A stretch of 30,884 nucleotides of DNA from the IMG/VR virus record IMGVR_UViG_3300011335_000737, positions 1 to 30,884 of that record. One strand, given 5' to 3'. The notes beneath the pieces are model-generated. The model searched no databases. It saw nothing but the letters and a program-made list of their open reading frames with translations, and was not told where the DNA came from. Shown in pieces: positions 23,582 through 30,884 of this stretch; within the stretch, counting starts at the first letter, position 1, and every line of letters starts with the position of its first letter. The position numbers were made by a program, and so were the translations under genes. Origin of the DNA: a virus. Lineage: Duplodnaviria > Caudoviricetes.

Positions 23582-24411
23582 GGTGGAAGAATAATCGGCG
23601 TAACGAGGTATGTGGTTTCTACGGTGTCAAACTGAACCCATGTACAAAGGTTTCCATAGAAACTGTAAGGCGGTTGCGTGAGGTCTGGGTATTCAAAAAT
23701 GCAGGCGCTTACAATTCCGAACGGATTTGTTTCAGTAATGGTGTTTGCATCAGTGCAATAGTAAATATAATCCTCAAAGCCATTTCCGCTTACTTGAGAG
23801 AATGCATTGTTTAGAGAGAAGTCGGCGAACGGCGCAGCGGTTGTACTTGAAACTCCCAGCACATCAAAATCCATTGGATTGATACTCCACGGCGTTTGAG
23901 ATTGCCCGTTGCACGGGTCGCTATATGTTTCGATTCCAACAAGCGGAACGAGCGTCGCCTTGTTCCAATCAAGAATGCTTCGATCAAGCGCGCCAAGCGA
24001 TCCTGAGCAAAACATAATGAGATCGACACTTCCCGAAGCGGTTCGGATTATTGTTGCAAACGCTTCACGATTGCAGCATCCTCCGTTGGGTGGACAACCA
24101 ATCATCCCGCAGTATGGAGGTTCGGTGTATTCGGTTCCTGCTGGTCGATTTACTGTGCGCTCTTCTTGTCGCACTGTCATCGTCGCAGTGCCTGTCATTT
24201 GAAGTTGATTGACCGTTCGTACAAGACCGCCTACCAGTAAAACCGAAAAAGAAGAAACGATAATTGAATCGCCGCCTGAGTAAGTCAGTCGAACTGTAGA
24301 CACATAGGAAACTTCGACTGACGCTGAGAGCGGCGCGTATCGAATCCAATCAACGCAGACACCGGGAGCAACAATGCAACAGCAACCCGTAGATGCCGCG
24401 TCTACGCTCAC
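23578..24411 (-). CDS. Cys-rich low-GC tail-end protein, candidate receptor-binding protein (277 aa)
   Basis: GCCC N-terminus and CGMIGCPPNGGCC; 47/120 GC in 23701-23820. Confidence 0.6.
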   Translation of the reverse strand: MSVDAASTGCCCIVAPGVCVDWIRYAPLSASVEVSYVSTVRLTYSGGDSIIVSSFSVLLVGGLVRTVNQLQMTGTATMTVRQEERTVNRPAGTEYTEPPYCGMIGCPPNGGCCNREAFATIIRTASGSVDLIMFCSGSLGALDRSILDWNKATLVPLVGIETYSDPCNGQSQTPWSINPMDFDVLGVSSTTAAPFADFSLNNAFSQVSGNGFEDYIYYCTDANTITETNPFGIVSACIFEYPDLTQPPYSFYGNLCTWVQFDTVETTYLVTPIILPP

Positions 24412-24773
24412 TCCTCGATCCCATGCACGGCAACGGCAACGACCGACGCGGTTGAAGCGTAGATCGTCAGGCGATCGCCGCTGTTGAGATAGCGCTTCGA
24501 GTCATCGACGGTCGTTGAAGCAGCACGAAGCGCAATGTCGTAGTAGAGCGCGTTCGTTGCGCCTGCGGTTTCATTTGGGCTGGTGTGGAACACGCGCAGA
24601 GAAACGGTTCCCGTGTGTGTGTTGCACATCGTAATCGACTCAACGGTTGCGCTCTTTCCGTGTGGGCATTCGTAGATGATTGTGTTCGCGACCTTCGCTA
24701 GCGCAGCCGCGAGACGACGCGTCGGACGAGCAGATCGGTTTAGTGTGTTGATGTTGTTGGGTAGCGCGCTCAT
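24408..24773 (-). CDS. Small beta-sandwich virion protein
   Basis: TIIYECP...SITMCN...NALYYD...YLNSGDRL...VHGIE pattern; tail module position. Confidence 0.65.
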   Translation of the reverse strand: MSALPNNINTLNRSARPTRRLAAALAKVANTIIYECPHGKSATVESITMCNTHTGTVSLRVFHTSPNETAGATNALYYDIALRAASTTVDDSKRYLNSGDRLTIYASTASVVAVAVHGIEE

Positions 24774-24775
24774 GT

Positions 24776-25492
24776 TTACGGGCACTCAAATATGTAGCCA
24801 TTAGGAACTGAAAAGTAGTTTTTGTTGTTGACGCTCATGCACGCGACGACCGTATCGACCTTGATCGCAACGCGAGTAGAAAGAACACCAGGAGGAGGAT
24901 TTGTTCCAACTCCGATTTGTCCTCCATCCGTGGGATTCTCGCAGCCGTTGTATGCCGTGACAACACTTCCACCGCTCCAACTATTGGTTCCCGTGTTAAA
25001 CTCCGCGTTCGATGCGACCGTATACGACCACATTCGAGCGGCGAAAATCACAGTCGAGCCAGTAACGCGACCCATGAAAACATTTGCCGCGGCCGCCGTA
25101 GCAGCGCCGCCGCACTCGCGAAAGTAAAGCGAACCATCAATCGCGTTGTGTCCAAGCACTGCTACAACAGAACCAACCGACGATGCCGAGCCGACAATTG
25201 GTGTTGCGTATTGTCCACCGACTTGCCCGTTCGTGCTTTTAACTCCACCGCTCACCGCCACAAATGCTCCAGCGGCAACAGATGAAAGCGATACCTCTTC
25301 GAAGGAAGAAACAGCAGTTGCGCCAGTACCCGAGACTGTAAGGATTCGCGCGAGGAACACCGTACCGATGCGATACGGATTGCCTGCAATCGATTGCATC
25401 GCTTCGGGCTTCTCGATGCGGTCGAACGCCTCATTGAGATGCGACCACTCAAGCGAACCCATGCGACCAGAGTTGAAGCGTGGAAGCGGCAT
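24776..25492 (-). CDS. Putative tail-tip protein (238 aa)
   Basis: Gly/Ser/Thr-rich; third gene after the tape measure. Confidence 0.6.
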   Translation of the reverse strand: MPLPRFNSGRMGSLEWSHLNEAFDRIEKPEAMQSIAGNPYRIGTVFLARILTVSGTGATAVSSFEEVSLSSVAAGAFVAVSGGVKSTNGQVGGQYATPIVGSASSVGSVVAVLGHNAIDGSLYFRECGGAATAAAANVFMGRVTGSTVIFAARMWSYTVASNAEFNTGTNSWSGGSVVTAYNGCENPTDGGQIGVGTNPPPGVLSTRVAIKVDTVVACMSVNNKNYFSVPNGYIFECP

Positions 25493-25494
25493 TG

Positions 25495-25857
25495 TTAATC
25501 GGCGAGGATGAAGTACTGAAGGTTGACGGCTGCGGTGTTTGCGCGAGCCGACGGCGCGTTAGTTCCGAGCCGACAAATCGCGCACTCGCCTGCTTTGAGT
25601 TTAAGAAACGCAACGAAGGTTCCCGTACCCGTGCCGATCTCGACATAGTTTGTCGCGTCGGTATTGCGGAAGTACGCGTATCCGCTCGTCGTCACATCGG
25701 TCACGCCGAGAAGTTCGCCAGCGGTTCCGATTGCTTGCACTCCGCCAGCAGCGTTCGTACCTGTCATCGTCACACTCTGCGTTCCCGGGTTCTCAGTGTG
25801 AACCAAGTAGGTTTTCGCAACGCTCAACTTGAGATTCAATGTGATTTCATTTGCCAT
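25495..25857 (-). CDS. Small virion structural protein (120 aa)
   Basis: Beta-rich, GYAYFRNTDATNYVEIG...LKAGE; tail module. Confidence 0.65.
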   Translation of the reverse strand: MANEITLNLKLSVAKTYLVHTENPGTQSVTMTGTNAAGGVQAIGTAGELLGVTDVTTSGYAYFRNTDATNYVEIGTGTGTFVAFLKLKAGECAICRLGTNAPSARANTAAVNLQYFILAD

Positions 25858-26672
25858 CAGAAGTTCTCGCTCAGTGTGTTGAAGTCGTAGAAGGAAGGGA
25901 ACGGCTGGATGTATTCGACATTCGACGCGCGGTGAACTTGCTGCGCGTCGGGCGCTGTCTCGACCTTTCCGAGTTGATTGCGTCGCGCGCTTTGCAGCAT
26001 ATGGAACACTTCATCTTGCCTGAACTTGTGCGTGATGCTGAACTTCTCAAGACCGACGCGCGATGCACTCGCGCCCGTGTACAACACTTCGCCTTTGACC
26101 GCGCCTTGAAACGGCGTGAGATTCCGCTTGCCGCGAGCCGCGCGGATACCTTGACTTCGAGCAGGAAACGACGCAGCCGAAACGGTTTCTTTGATTGTGA
26201 TGTCCGACATACGAACAAGAATCGAAAGCGGCTCTCCTGCTTTGTCGATCTTCTGACCGCCAACATCTCCACCAGAAGTAACAGGGATACCAGCGCTATG
26301 TGAACTCGATGAAGTTCCCGTGCGCCATATGTCGCGGAACTCGATTGCGTAGTCAATCGTGATCTCGGTGTATCCCTCTTCTTGTGGAAGGAACTCGTTC
26401 GGCTCGCTGTTCTCGTAGTTCACCGTGAACTCCCAAGTGTTGCGCGAGCCTGCAAGATGCGCGATTGAATACGACACCGCGTACACGACCTTCTCTTCAG
26501 GAAACTTGTCGCCGATCGCGGGAAGCGTCACGCCCATTTGATCGCGAATGATCGACGGCGTTTCAATCGGCGTGACATCGTCCCACACCGTGAACAATCG
26601 CGACGCGGTTTTCTTGCCGCCCGAATCCGAGAAACCGCGAGTCTCTTGTTTTTCGTAGAACTGAAATGCCAT
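25857..26672 (-). CDS. Putative distal tail/hub protein (271 aa)
   Basis: Directly follows the tape measure; function from synteny only. Confidence 0.6.
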   Translation of the reverse strand: MAFQFYEKQETRGFSDSGGKKTASRLFTVWDDVTPIETPSIIRDQMGVTLPAIGDKFPEEKVVYAVSYSIAHLAGSRNTWEFTVNYENSEPNEFLPQEEGYTEITIDYAIEFRDIWRTGTSSSSHSAGIPVTSGGDVGGQKIDKAGEPLSILVRMSDITIKETVSAASFPARSQGIRAARGKRNLTPFQGAVKGEVLYTGASASRVGLEKFSITHKFRQDEVFHMLQSARRNQLGKVETAPDAQQVHRASNVEYIQPFPSFYDFNTLSENF

Positions 26673-27754
26673 TAGTTGAATCCCATTCCAACGAAGGCTT
26701 TACTCGTCGCCTCAGTTGCGTTTGCGATGCGCTGGTCAACGCTCTTTTTCTCGCTGTCTGGGTACGCGTCGAACTTGAACGAGCCGAGCGCAGTCGCGCC
26801 GTTGCCAATCGTGGCGGCGTTGAGCGCTTCTGCGGCGCTCGCAGCCGCAGCGTCTGCCGCAGCCGCGTCTTCCATGAAAGCCTTCTGCGCGTCTGCCTGC
26901 GCGTTGGCTTTGTCGTTGGCAAAGTTCAACTCTTCTTCGAGCAAGTCGCGCGCGGTCGCTACGCGCTTCTCCTCGGCGGCTTGCGCTTTCGCTTGCTTCT
27001 CGACTTCGTCGTCGATCTTCTTTGCCTGAAGCAGACTCTCTTTATCATTCTCGGCTTGATACTTTGAGTTCAACTCAATACCCATGAGATCGACGCGCTT
27101 GCGATGGTTGCCCTCGATCAATTTGCGCTCGGCTTCGGTTGACGCTTCCGCAAGTTCGAGATCGGTCTTCGTGCGAAGTTCCTTCTCTTTCTCTGCGTTC
27201 TCTATCGTCATCGCGAGCCGCTCGTTACCTTGCGCGCGCGCGGCTGCAATGGCAAGTTGCGCATCGAGCGCAGCAGACTGAACGCCGCCAGTTGCGAGCG
27301 TCTCGCGCGTCTTTGTATCTTCAGCAAGTTGCGCAAGCATTGCAGGCATTCGCGACTTGAGCGCCGTCATCTTCTCTTCGACCGCCTTTTCCATTTCGTC
27401 CGCGTCTGAGATTGCGTCGCCGATTGCGTTTCCGATCGCGCCGCCCAAGCGATACGCCGTGCCAATGACGGGTAACGAGTTCGCGAGACCTTCAAGACCG
27501 CCGACGAAACCCTTCTCGCCGCCGATGTTGATTGCTTCCGTGAGTGACTCCGCAATTGCAATCGGCGAAAGGATCTTCATACCCTTCGACGCGATTTGCG
27601 AAGTCGAGTCTTGCATCCAGTTGTTGAACTTGCCGCGAAATCCCTTTGCCGCGTTCTCGCCTTCGGATTTTGCGTTGTTGACAACTTCCGCGAGTTGCTT
27701 CTTGAAGCCTGCGATCTCTGCTTGGATTTGAACTTCGAGCGTTGCTGCAATCAT
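26672..27754 (-). CDS. Short tail tape measure protein (360 aa)
   Basis: IAATLEVQIQAEIAGFKKQL N-terminus, Ala/Glu/Lys-rich helical body, follows the chaperone pair. Confidence 0.75.
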   Translation of the reverse strand: MIAATLEVQIQAEIAGFKKQLAEVVNNAKSEGENAAKGFRGKFNNWMQDSTSQIASKGMKILSPIAIAESLTEAINIGGEKGFVGGLEGLANSLPVIGTAYRLGGAIGNAIGDAISDADEMEKAVEEKMTALKSRMPAMLAQLAEDTKTRETLATGGVQSAALDAQLAIAAARAQGNERLAMTIENAEKEKELRTKTDLELAEASTEAERKLIEGNHRKRVDLMGIELNSKYQAENDKESLLQAKKIDDEVEKQAKAQAAEEKRVATARDLLEEELNFANDKANAQADAQKAFMEDAAAADAAAASAAEALNAATIGNGATALGSFKFDAYPDSEKKSVDQRIANATEATSKAFVGMGFN

Positions 27755-27957
27755 TGCGACTGATCCTCGACATAGCGACGCATCCAACCGCTGTCGCGCT
27801 CGCTGTCCTTCTCATCGGCTGAACTCCCGTTCACGGCGAGTCTCAAGTGCGCTTCAAACTCCGCGACCGTAAGGTCAAGTGGGTTCCCCAGACCCGACGC
27901 AACTCGCGCGATCAAGTGCGCTTCATTGATCCAATTGCGGATCACTCGCGGCTTCAT
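27751..27957 (-). CDS. Tail assembly chaperone, frameshift extension (lambda T-like)
   Basis: In the -1 frame after GGGAAAA; PLDLTVAEF motif. Confidence 0.75.
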   Translation of the reverse strand: MKPRVIRNWINEAHLIARVASGLGNPLDLTVAEFEAHLRLAVNGSSADEKDSERDSGWMRRYVEDQSQ

Positions 27958-28367
27958 CCAGCCGCGAGTTTTCCCGCGTCATTCTCGTCACTCTGCGCGG
28001 CGTTCTCGTCGAACTCCACGCCCATGCAGCGACAAGCCACACGCCCCAACTCAACGCTCGATACGCGCGATGCGAGCGTCTCGGCGGCTTCCATGCCTAC
28101 CGACTTTGCGACGATCTCCAGCGCCATTGACGGCTTGAAGATCGACATGAAGAACGAACCCAGACCTTCAGCGTCGGCGGTCGCTTCGGCGACGAACTTC
28201 GCGCGCTCATTCCTGGTGAGTTCGAGACCGTCGCAGTCTCTCGCAGCCTTTGTCCGACATCGCTCAATGTGTAGGTTGTGAAGCGCGATGCGCTCGCGGA
28301 CTGTGAGCGGTCGTAGTTCGACTTCAACGCCGCCGATGATTGAGAGAAAAGAAGCAGAGAGATTCAT
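27954..28367 (-). CDS. Tail assembly chaperone (lambda G-like)
   Basis: ELRPLTVRE; slippery site near the 3' end; between tail tube and tape measure. Confidence 0.78.
   Translation of the reverse strand: MNLSASFLSIIGGVEVELRPLTVRERIALHNLHIERCRTKAARDCDGLELTRNERAKFVAEATADAEGLGSFFMSIFKPSMALEIVAKSVGMEAAETLASRVSSVELGRVACRCMGVEFDENAAQSDENDAGKLAAG
27969..27975 (-). other. Programmed -1 ribosomal frameshift site G-GGA-AAA
   Basis: GCG GGA AAA CTC; a -1 slip reads GGG AAA ACT CGC GGC TGG ATG AAG into 27751-27957. Confidence 0.8.
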
Positions 28368-28642
28368 CCGAGATTAAGCCTTCCGACAAGACTGAGGAAC
28401 GGATCGTCGTGCGCAAGCGTTTGCAACTTTGCCGACGACGAGACGCGACGAACTGAAGCGTCGGCGACATTGTCTGGATGGATCTTGTCCACATTCAGCG
28501 CGATGCGCAGCGCGTCCATGTCGCTCATGCTCGACGGACTTACGCGACGATTGAAGACGCGCCCGTCTCGAAGTGCAAGCGTGACGATCCAGTCGTCATC
28601 TGACGGCGCGAAGATTTGAACGACGGAATTAATCGTACTCAA
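28364..28642 (-). CDS. Hypothetical protein between tail tube and chaperone (92 aa)
   Basis: TTG start 4 nt after the tube stop; ATGA-coupled downstream. Confidence 0.65.
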   Translation of the reverse strand: MSTINSVVQIFAPSDDDWIVTLALRDGRVFNRRVSPSSMSDMDALRIALNVDKIHPDNVADASVRRVSSSAKLQTLAHDDPFLSLVGRLNLG

Positions 28643-28646
28643 GAGA

Positions 28647-29105
28647 TCAGGTCAACCATGTAAGCACAGGCGCAGTGCCGCCGCCGTTGGCAAAGTTTGC
28701 GGTGACGGAAGCATCGCCGCCCTTGTCGCTTGAGAACGCAAACGAATCAAAGACTACGCCTGCAACAATCATTGCGCCGCTTGTTGCAGCCGCGCTGGTT
28801 CCATACAGTCCGAGCGTAAGTACTACGCTTTCCGAAAAGTTTGTTCCCGTGCCGTAGTTCGTCTTTATGCCGTAGAAAAGATCGGTCGTTACGGTCGAAG
28901 TCGTTGTGCCGACGATCATCATGCCGCTCAGTGATCCCGTGAGATCGAGAAACCCAAGGCGCTTGCGCCGCCCAGCGTCACCGAACGCAGTCACATCGAA
29001 TGACTGTCGGAAGAGTGAAGCCGCGTAGGATTTCACTTTGATTTGATCGGTTCCCGCAACGGAAACGAAGCCATCGGAACCAAGAACATATGTCGTCGCA
29101 GCCAT
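28647..29105 (-). CDS. Major tail tube protein
   Basis: 152 aa; FDVTAFGD...GFLDLTGSLSG; follows the tail terminator. Confidence 0.78.
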   Translation of the reverse strand: MAATTYVLGSDGFVSVAGTDQIKVKSYAASLFRQSFDVTAFGDAGRRKRLGFLDLTGSLSGMMIVGTTTSTVTTDLFYGIKTNYGTGTNFSESVVLTLGLYGTSAAATSGAMIVAGVVFDSFAFSSDKGGDASVTANFANGGGTAPVLTWLT

Positions 29106-29118
29106 TGTGGAAACCCTT

Positions 29119-29511
29119 TCAGAGTTTGAAGCCTACAGCCTTGTATCGGTCGGACATTGTCCATCCATCATCAACGAAGGTCGGAGTACCTGCGCTCGTG
29201 CGGATGAAAGTCACGCGGTCGTATCCCGTCGCAGTCAGCACCGTCGCAAGCGCGGTCTCTAGCGCAGTGCTGAATCCGTGAAGCGTGTATCCGTTCGTGG
29301 AGTCTGTAAAGAAGTCGAACACGAACGCGACTTCGACGCGCTCCGAAGTGCCGAAGATCGGCAAGATTGCGACGCTCTCCGCGCGATAGACCATGAGCGG
29401 AAGCGCAAGGTCTGCGGCTCCCTGGTCAAGTGCGATGCGACTACCAAGCGATGTCGCAAGACCCGAAGCAAGGAGACGAATCTTGAGCGCGTCGAGAATT
29501 GCTTTGCTCAT
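29119..29511 (-). CDS. Tail completion/terminator protein
   Basis: AILDALK.RL...LGSRI...LPLMVY; synteny. Confidence 0.72.
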   Translation of the reverse strand: MSKAILDALKIRLLASGLATSLGSRIALDQGAADLALPLMVYRAESVAILPIFGTSERVEVAFVFDFFTDSTNGYTLHGFSTALETALATVLTATGYDRVTFIRTSAGTPTFVDDGWTMSDRYKAVGFKL

Positions 29512-30017
29512 TTGGGTTTGCCTAAGTACTTCGCAATCGCAGTCGCAAAGATGTTTTTGACTTCTGGTTTGAAGATCTTCAACGCAGGCAAAATATACGG
29601 GCGCGGTCGAATGCGACGAGTCCCGTACTCCATGAACGGCGCGTAGAAAAGATTTGATCCGTACTGCAAGACGGTTCGCGTCGGACTTGCGCGAACTACT
29701 TTCGCGTATCCCATTTTAGTTACGCCGACCGTTCGACCAACTGAAGACGACATCCACGACGAGCGCAGGTCGCCAGTGTTTGCGGCTGGCGGTCGGTTCG
29801 GCGAAGACGCTTGATGGTATCCCCTCGCGCGTAAGTTCCGCCCCTTCTTCTTAGCCTTAGCAACGCGATAGATTCGACCCGTTCCCTTTTTGGACAGACC
29901 TTCGCGAATGACTCTTGAAAGTTGCGCTTGGCAAATGTTGAGCGCCTCAACAATGCCTTCGTTGATTTTGTTGTTGACGAACTCTTCGTCGAAGTTAAAC
30001 TTTGCGAGACCGCTCAT
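29508..30017 (-). CDS. HK97 gp10-like neck protein
   Basis: PAANTGDLRSS and YAPFMEYGTRRIRPRPYILPA. Confidence 0.85.
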   Translation of the reverse strand: MSGLAKFNFDEEFVNNKINEGIVEALNICQAQLSRVIREGLSKKGTGRIYRVAKAKKKGRNLRARGYHQASSPNRPPAANTGDLRSSWMSSSVGRTVGVTKMGYAKVVRASPTRTVLQYGSNLFYAPFMEYGTRRIRPRPYILPALKIFKPEVKNIFATAIAKYLGKPK

Positions 30018-30424
30018 TCTGCGCCCAGTCCTAGTGTGATTGTCGGCGACACTTGCACCGCGTCTACCACCGTTAAGTTCAAGTGACGCGCAAAGCCAGC
30101 GCCTCGCCCGATCTCTGCTGGATTAGTGCGACCGACGACGCGCCAACGGTCAGTGATTCCACCAGCAACGCCGACTTCGTAGAGTTCGTCGTCGATCTCG
30201 ATGTCGTCGATGTTGCCTGAAATGTAAATCGTCGCAGCCGTGCGCGAGTTCATGCGACCCTCGAACACATCTTGTGACTGTCCGTTTGGCTGGATGAAAC
30301 ACTTACCGAGTTCCGTCACGCGGTCGTATGTGCGAACCGCGCCAGCGTCGGCGGCGACGCTCATTGTCGGCTTCCATAGGTAGAGCGATACGCCGAACTG
30401 CTCAATGATGCGCTCAATGCTCAA
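30014..30424 (-). CDS. Head closure protein (SPP1 gp16-like)
   Basis: 136 aa beta-rich, CFIQP; between adaptor and gp10-like gene. Confidence 0.7.
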   Translation of the reverse strand: MSIERIIEQFGVSLYLWKPTMSVAADAGAVRTYDRVTELGKCFIQPNGQSQDVFEGRMNSRTAATIYISGNIDDIEIDDELYEVGVAGGITDRWRVVGRTNPAEIGRGAGFARHLNLTVVDAVQVSPTITLGLGAE

Positions 30425-30884
30425 CGCACTCTCCGATACTGCTTGAGCATCTCTTTCTCTTCTGCGTCGATCTCCATCGATGTCTTTGTCGAGTACGAAT
30501 ACCCGCCGAGACTCTCGCTCGTCACGCCTGAATCTTTCAGACGCGAGTTAAACATCCGCGCAGCGATGTTGATCGCGCATTGCTCTACATCGTATGGAGT
30601 CGTCGCATAGCCAGCGGTGTAGTCAACGAACACCGAGCGATACTGGCGCAGCGTCGAGCCGTAGACGATGCCCGTTTCGGTGTCGAGTTGGTAGTCGTAG
30701 AGCGACTGCGTCGGCGCGTCAATCAGCACCGATGAGTATGTGAGATCGCGACCCGAAATGTGCTGCATTCGGATCGATGGAATGTCGAGCAGCGCTGAGC
30801 CGCTGAATCCTGCGGTTGCGCTAATCTGAGTCGCCCGCAGCGTCGCCGTCGGGTAGGGCGTGAACGACAGTTGCGTCGCGAACG
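30421..30884 (-). CDS. Head-tail adaptor/connector protein, 3' part (start at 527 across the join)
   Basis: VDYTAGYATTPYDVEQ, SESLGGYSYS and LKQYRR motifs. Confidence 0.88.
   Translation of the reverse strand, partial: FATQLSFTPYPTATLRATQISATAGFSGSALLDIPSIRMQHISGRDLTYSSVLIDAPTQSLYDYQLDTETGIVYGSTLRQYRSVFVDYTAGYATTPYDVEQCAINIAARMFNSRLKDSGVTSESLGGYSYSTKTSMEIDAEEKEMLKQYRRVR
30710..30884. repeat. Terminal direct repeat, copy 2
   Basis: 172/175 identical to 1-175. Confidence 0.97.

Noticed and set aside
162-29646. Numerous long plus-strand ORFs (e.g. 7627-8610, 6722-7432, 18270-18905)
   Set aside because: Antisense shadows of well-supported minus-strand genes in a GC-rich genome, with no motifs or ribosome-binding sites.
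30710-30884. Terminal repeat with 3 mismatches as a DGR template/variable repeat pair or a physical terminal repeat
   Set aside because: No reverse transcriptase, changes are not all at adenines on one strand, the repeat cuts mid-gene, and mismatches cluster near the contig end; most likely assembly overlap with read-end errors or strain variation.

Overview
The window is an apparently complete, circularly permuted ~30.7 kb tailed-phage genome of siphovirus type with an HK97-like head. Bases 1-175 recur at 30710-30884 with 3 mismatches, and the head-tail adaptor gene reads through the join. Essentially all credible genes are on the minus strand. Order in transcription direction: small TM peptide, Bet/RecT recombinase, HTH protein, terminator, promoter with a structured leader, second capsid-cement paralogue, many small early genes (including a CsrA-like protein, a wHTH protein and Zn-finger proteins), Holliday-junction resolvase, holin/spanin-like cassette, lectin-like gene, SAM methyltransferase, ParB-DNA methyltransferase, TerS, TerL, portal-MuF fusion, protease, major capsid, capsid cement, methyltransferase-like/glycosyltransferase fusion, neck genes, tail tube, chaperones with a -1 frameshift, short tape measure and Cys-rich tail-end genes. 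I could not recognise an integrase, DNA polymerase, helicase, endolysin, tRNA or CRISPR array. Main leads: (1) a conserved GCGGC-AYGA(Y)-GCCGC hairpin just upstream of six early-gene starts, in a genome encoding a divergent CsrA-like protein; (2) a second capsid-cement gene under its own promoter and an attenuator-like ~250-nt leader; (3) a possible virion glycosylation/methylation module; (4) direct repeats at gene boundaries suggesting cassette-like gene exchange. All family calls are by eye from motifs and synteny; no database search was run.
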